64,000 nt of DNA from Candidatus Bathyarchaeia archaeon. GTDB taxonomy: Archaea > Thermoproteota > Bathyarchaeia > Bathyarchaeales > Bathycorpusculaceae. Below are positions 60,274 through 64,000 of this stretch, one piece after another (the first letter of the stretch is position 1; each line of letters opens with the position of its first letter). Both the position numbers and the translations under genes were made by a program. The DNA is taken from assembly GCA_038882655.1 (NCBI GenBank), contig JAVZNT010000001.1, forward strand, positions 96,001-160,000. Direction: 5' to 3'. Below the pieces are notes generated by a model that saw only the letters and a list, made by a program, of their open reading frames with translations, was not told where the DNA came from and did no database searches.

Positions 60274-61527
60274 ATGTCCACAGTTATTGAGGATGTAATT
60301 GCACGGAAAATTTTTAACAGTCGTGGAGAAGAAACGATAGAGGTTGACGTTATCACCGCTTCTGGCTTTGGGAGAGCCTCAGCCCCAGCTGGAGAAAGCC
60401 GAGGAAAAGCCGAAGTGGTTTATTATCCGCGAGGTGGAGTGGACGAGGCGATTAAGAAAGTTGAAGAACTCATATCTCCGGAACTCATCGGGCTAAACGC
60501 AGATTTCCAAGAAGAAATCGATAAAACGCTTCACGAGGTAGACAACACGAAAGACTTCAGAATTATTGGTGGAAACACAGCCTTTGCAGTTTCCTTAGCG
60601 AACGCAGAGGCTGCCGCAAACTCTTATGGCTTACCTCTATTCCAATATTTAGGCGGCTACACAGCCCATGAACTCCCATACCCCCTTGGAAACATCATCA
60701 GCGGTGGAAAGCACACAAGTGGAAAATCTCCGGACATACAGGAGTTTCTAGCTCTTCCTTACGGCGCTGACTCTTTTCTGGAAGCGGCAACAGCCAATGT
60801 AAAAATCCATAGCAAAGTTAAGGAAGCTTTGAAGAAAAAGGATAAACTTTTCAGTGGTGGCAGAAGTGATGAAGGTGCATGGATTGCAAATGTCACAAAC
60901 TTGGAAGCCTTTGAAATTATGGCTTCGGTATGCGAAGAGATAAGCAACGAATTAGGATTCAAATGTGGTTTCGGCGTTGATGTTGCGGCTTCGTCCCTCT
61001 GGAATGCTAAAAAGAAGAAATACGTGTATGAAAGAACTGGAAAAGAGTTAGACTCCGGAGAACAGTTGGAAGTTATTCGGCAAATTATCGAAAAGTATCA
61101 TCTGGTTTATGTGGAAGACCCATTACATGAGGAAGATTACGAAGGCTTCGCAGAACTCACAAAAAAGATTAAGAATTGCCTCATCTGCGGTGACGACTTG
61201 TTCGCCACAAACAATGAAAGACTAGCTCGTGGAATTAAAATGCATGCAGCCAACGCTATAATAGTTAAAGTGAACCAAGTTGGCACGCTCACAGATACGT
61301 TGGACACTATTGAAACGGCAAAAAGGGCTGGATACGTTCCAGTTGTTTCCCATCGTTCCGGCGATACTTGTGATTGGCACATCGCCCACTTAGCTGTAGC
61401 GTTTAAATGTCCCATAATTAAGGCTGGCGTGGTGGAAGGAACGCGAATAGCAAAAATAAATGAGTTGTTGAGGATTGAGGAATTTCTTGGAGAGAGAGCT
61501 AAAATGGCTAAACTCCAAATTCCATAA
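60274..61527 (+). CDS. eno: Enolase
   Basis: NSRGEETIEV, DIQEF, EDPLHE, GDDLF, KVNQVGT, SHRSGDT. Confidence 0.93.
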   Translation: MSTVIEDVIARKIFNSRGEETIEVDVITASGFGRASAPAGESRGKAEVVYYPRGGVDEAIKKVEELISPELIGLNADFQEEIDKTLHEVDNTKDFRIIGGNTAFAVSLANAEAAANSYGLPLFQYLGGYTAHELPYPLGNIISGGKHTSGKSPDIQEFLALPYGADSFLEAATANVKIHSKVKEALKKKDKLFSGGRSDEGAWIANVTNLEAFEIMASVCEEISNELGFKCGFGVDVAASSLWNAKKKKYVYERTGKELDSGEQLEVIRQIIEKYHLVYVEDPLHEEDYEGFAELTKKIKNCLICGDDLFATNNERLARGIKMHAANAIIVKVNQVGTLTDTLDTIETAKRAGYVPVVSHRSGDTCDWHIAHLAVAFKCPIIKAGVVEGTRIAKINELLRIEEFLGERAKMAKLQIP

Positions 61528-61544
61528 CGGAGAGTGAAGCGAAC

Positions 61545-62207
61545 TTGGCTGAAAAAGATAAGATTGAAGAGGAAACAAGTGTAAGTGTAGAAGAAGAGCT
61601 CTTATTGCCTAGGGACACGCTTCTCTCAGCTGGAATACACATTGGAACTAGAATGAAGACCAAAGACATGGAGCAGTTCATATATCGCATTAGACCAGAC
61701 GGCCTATTTGTTTTGGACGTGAAAAAGACTGATGAGCGCATAAGAGTGGCCGCCAAATTCTTGGCAAGGTTTGAACCTTCAAGGATAGCTGCTGCCGCTG
61801 CGAGGCTATATGCACAAGAACCAGTGAAAAAGTTCTGCGAGGCAATTGGCGCAACCCCAATTGTTGGACGCTTCATTCCTGGATTGCTTTCAAACCCGCT
61901 CTACCCCAACCGCATTGAACCCAATGTGCTGATAGTTTCAGACCCCCGGGCAGATTCTCAAGCTGTGAGGGAGGCAGCCTCAGTAGGCGTTCCGGTGATA
62001 GCTTTATGCAGCACAGACAACGACTTTTCTGGAGTTGACCTAGTAATACCCACGAATAACAAGGGCAGAAGAGCCTTAGCAGTTATTTACTGGCTTCTTG
62101 CGAGGCAAGTTTTACGTGAAAAGGGAGAGCTTCCACTAGACAAGGACATGTCGCTAACTATTGAGGATTTTGAAGCTAAAATCTCAAAAGAGGAAGAGGA
62201 GAGCTAG
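61545..62207 (+). CDS. rps2: 30S ribosomal protein S2
   Basis: AGIHIGT, GRFIPG, DPRAD.QAVREA, IPTNNKGRRAL. Confidence 0.96.
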   Translation: MAEKDKIEEETSVSVEEELLLPRDTLLSAGIHIGTRMKTKDMEQFIYRIRPDGLFVLDVKKTDERIRVAAKFLARFEPSRIAAAAARLYAQEPVKKFCEAIGATPIVGRFIPGLLSNPLYPNRIEPNVLIVSDPRADSQAVREAASVGVPVIALCSTDNDFSGVDLVIPTNNKGRRALAVIYWLLARQVLREKGELPLDKDMSLTIEDFEAKISKEEEES

Positions 62208-62212
62208 CCGTA

Positions 62213-63061
62213 ATGGTGAAGATTCGGCTTCCAAGCCAGGCTGGAGCCTTCTACGCTGGAAAAGCCGAATCGTTGAAGAGGCAAATTGAAGAATGTTTTC
62301 TTCATAAGCTGGGACCCGGCAAAATTCCAACAGTTGTTGAGGGGCCAAGGCGCATAGTTGGGCTTATTTGTCCCCATGCTGGATATATGTATTCTGGACC
62401 AGTAGCAGCCCACGCATATTACAGGTTGGCTTCTGATGGCAAGCCAGATATCGTGGTTCTTTTTGGTCCGAATCACACGGGTTATGGCAGTGCCTTGGCT
62501 TTGATGAATGAAGGTTTTTGGCGCACGCCACTAGGCGATGTTGAGGTAGACGGGGAAACAGCCAACAAAATTGTTAAAGAAGCTCGCACCGTTGATGTTG
62601 ATGATTCCGCCCATCGATATGAGCATTCCATTGAAGTGCAGCTTCCATTTCTGCAATATCTTTTCGGCTCAGCATTCAAAATTGTGCCCATAGGCTTTTT
62701 AATGCAGGATTTGCACTCTGCAAGAGAAGTTGGACAAGCTGTTGCAAAAGTTGTAGCTGGAAAAAACGCCTTAATTATAGCTTCTTCAGATATGACCCAC
62801 TACGAGCCGCAGAGAATCGCTGAAAAGAAGGATATGTTGGCGCTTAAGGCTATTGAAGCGATGGAGGAGGAGCGCTTCTACTCCATAGTTGAAGAACACC
62901 GGATTACCGCGTGTGGTTATGGTCCCATAATTGCCCTCATTACAGCTGCAAAAACTTTGGATGCAAGAGAGGCAAAATTATTATGTTACAAGACCAGTGG
63001 AGATGTTACTGGCGACTACTCAGCTGTTGTTGGGTACGCCGCCGTGCAATTCACAAAATAG
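62213..63061 (+). CDS. MEMO1-family (AmmeMemoRadiSam protein B)
   Basis: AGAFY, PHAGYMYSG, GPNHTG, EHSIEVQLPFLQ, SSDMTHY, CGYGP. Confidence 0.92.
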   Translation: MVKIRLPSQAGAFYAGKAESLKRQIEECFLHKLGPGKIPTVVEGPRRIVGLICPHAGYMYSGPVAAHAYYRLASDGKPDIVVLFGPNHTGYGSALALMNEGFWRTPLGDVEVDGETANKIVKEARTVDVDDSAHRYEHSIEVQLPFLQYLFGSAFKIVPIGFLMQDLHSAREVGQAVAKVVAGKNALIIASSDMTHYEPQRIAEKKDMLALKAIEAMEEERFYSIVEEHRITACGYGPIIALITAAKTLDAREAKLLCYKTSGDVTGDYSAVVGYAAVQFTK

Positions 63062-63070
63062 TGGTTTAGG

Positions 63071-64000
63071 ATGGGAGTTATTGCTTCGGCTCCCGCGAAA
63101 ATAATACTTTTCGGAGAACACTTCGTCGTCTATGGTGAACCCGCCATTGTCCTAGCCATAGACAAAAGGGCCTACGCGAAAGCAGAACTACGAGAGGATA
63201 AGAGGCTTTTTCTACGCTCTTTAAACCTAAATGTCGCCGGATTTTTTGAAAATGGAAACTTTAGGGTTGAAGAGGGAAGCCCAAAAGAGGCGAAAATGAA
63301 GCTTGAACCGCTTAAATGTGCTGTGGAAAAGGTTCTAGAAATTTCGGGTGAAAAGGTAGGTTTAAACATAGAGGTTAACTCAACAGTCCCCGTTGCCGCT
63401 GGTTTAGGGTCTTCAGCAGCTGTGGCTGCTGCTGTAGCTGCGGCTATCGGTGCATTATTAAATGTGAAAATTTCAAAGGAGGATGTTTTCCGCATAGCCT
63501 ATGATGCTGAAAAAATCATGCATGGTACGCCTTCAGGCGTGGATCCGGCGATATCAACTTTTGGAGGCACACTGCTTTTCCAAATAGACACGGGATTTAA
63601 GCCTTTGGATGTTAAGGCGGACATACCGCTTGTTATAGGCAATACTGGTGTTGAAAGATCAACGCGGAGTCAAGTGGCAAAGGTTCGAAGCTTAAAGGAT
63701 CGTTACCCACAGATTGTTGAGCCTATGATGAGAGCTGCCCGTGAAATAGTCTTAAGAGCCATTGAAGCCCTAAAAGAAGGCGACTTGGAGACTGTTGGGG
63801 AATTGATGAACATAAACCACGCGTTGCTCTATGGATTAGGAGTTTCAGATGAGTCTCTGGAGTGGCTTATTAACGCTGCCCGTAAGGCAGGCGCGCTAGG
63901 CGCAAAACTGACTGGTGCGGGTGGCGGCGGGTGTATGATAGCCCTTGCAAGCAGGGATAGGGTTGGAAGTGTTTTGGAGGCTGTGCAAAGGGCTGGGGGA
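63071..64000 (+). CDS. mvk: Mevalonate kinase, 3' partial
   Basis: APAKIILFGEHFVVYG, PVAAGLGSSAA, HGTPSGVD, GAKLTGAGGGGC; runs off the window. Confidence 0.93.
   Translation, partial: MGVIASAPAKIILFGEHFVVYGEPAIVLAIDKRAYAKAELREDKRLFLRSLNLNVAGFFENGNFRVEEGSPKEAKMKLEPLKCAVEKVLEISGEKVGLNIEVNSTVPVAAGLGSSAAVAAAVAAAIGALLNVKISKEDVFRIAYDAEKIMHGTPSGVDPAISTFGGTLLFQIDTGFKPLDVKADIPLVIGNTGVERSTRSQVAKVRSLKDRYPQIVEPMMRAAREIVLRAIEALKEGDLETVGELMNINHALLYGLGVSDESLEWLINAARKAGALGAKLTGAGGGGCMIALASRDRVGSVLEAVQRAGG

Noticed and set aside
1-64000. CRISPR arrays, rRNA genes, IS elements
   Set aside because: No regularly spaced repeats, rRNA-like tracts or transposase ORFs seen

Overview
Archaeal chromosome segment, most likely Bathyarchaeia/TACK (inferred from gene content: L38e, exosome/proteasome superoperon, Rpo3 with a ferredoxin domain, frequent TTG/GTG starts). 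1-19.5 kb is mostly housekeeping: type IV pilin plus prepilin peptidase, PfkB kinase, L38e, an F420 cluster (cofD, nitroreductase, MetF-like, cofE), a disrupted MBL-fold gene, two tandem deoxyhypusine synthase paralogs, acdA, ribK, ino1 and the pcc1-Brix-L37ae-rrp42-rrp41-rrp4-SBDS-psmA operon. 58-64 kb is the rpoD-L18e-L13-S9-rpoN-eno-S2-MEMO1-mvk operon. Between them lies a ~38 kb cell-surface locus resembling bacterial PEP-CTERM/exosortase EPS loci. It has wHTH regulators, DUF1616, DUF2206, six glycosyltransferases, three Gfo/Idh/MocA oxidoreductases, two deacetylases, two asparagine-synthetase-like ligases lacking Cys2, PLP enzymes, Fem/GNAT transferases and a multidomain exosortase. Most notable: (1) a tRNA-Cys with perfect stems but no G18G19 or TTC elbow, heading the gene run that contains a FemAB-type transferase, a candidate dedicated non-ribosomal tRNA; (2) a (V/I)PD(L/Y)PVVGTAGAVT C-terminal sorting signal on two genes just upstream of the exosortase; (3) a shared post-signal strand motif on two putative fibre subunits, a GH5 and a beta-helix protein. 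All calls come from motif recognition by eye; no searches were run.
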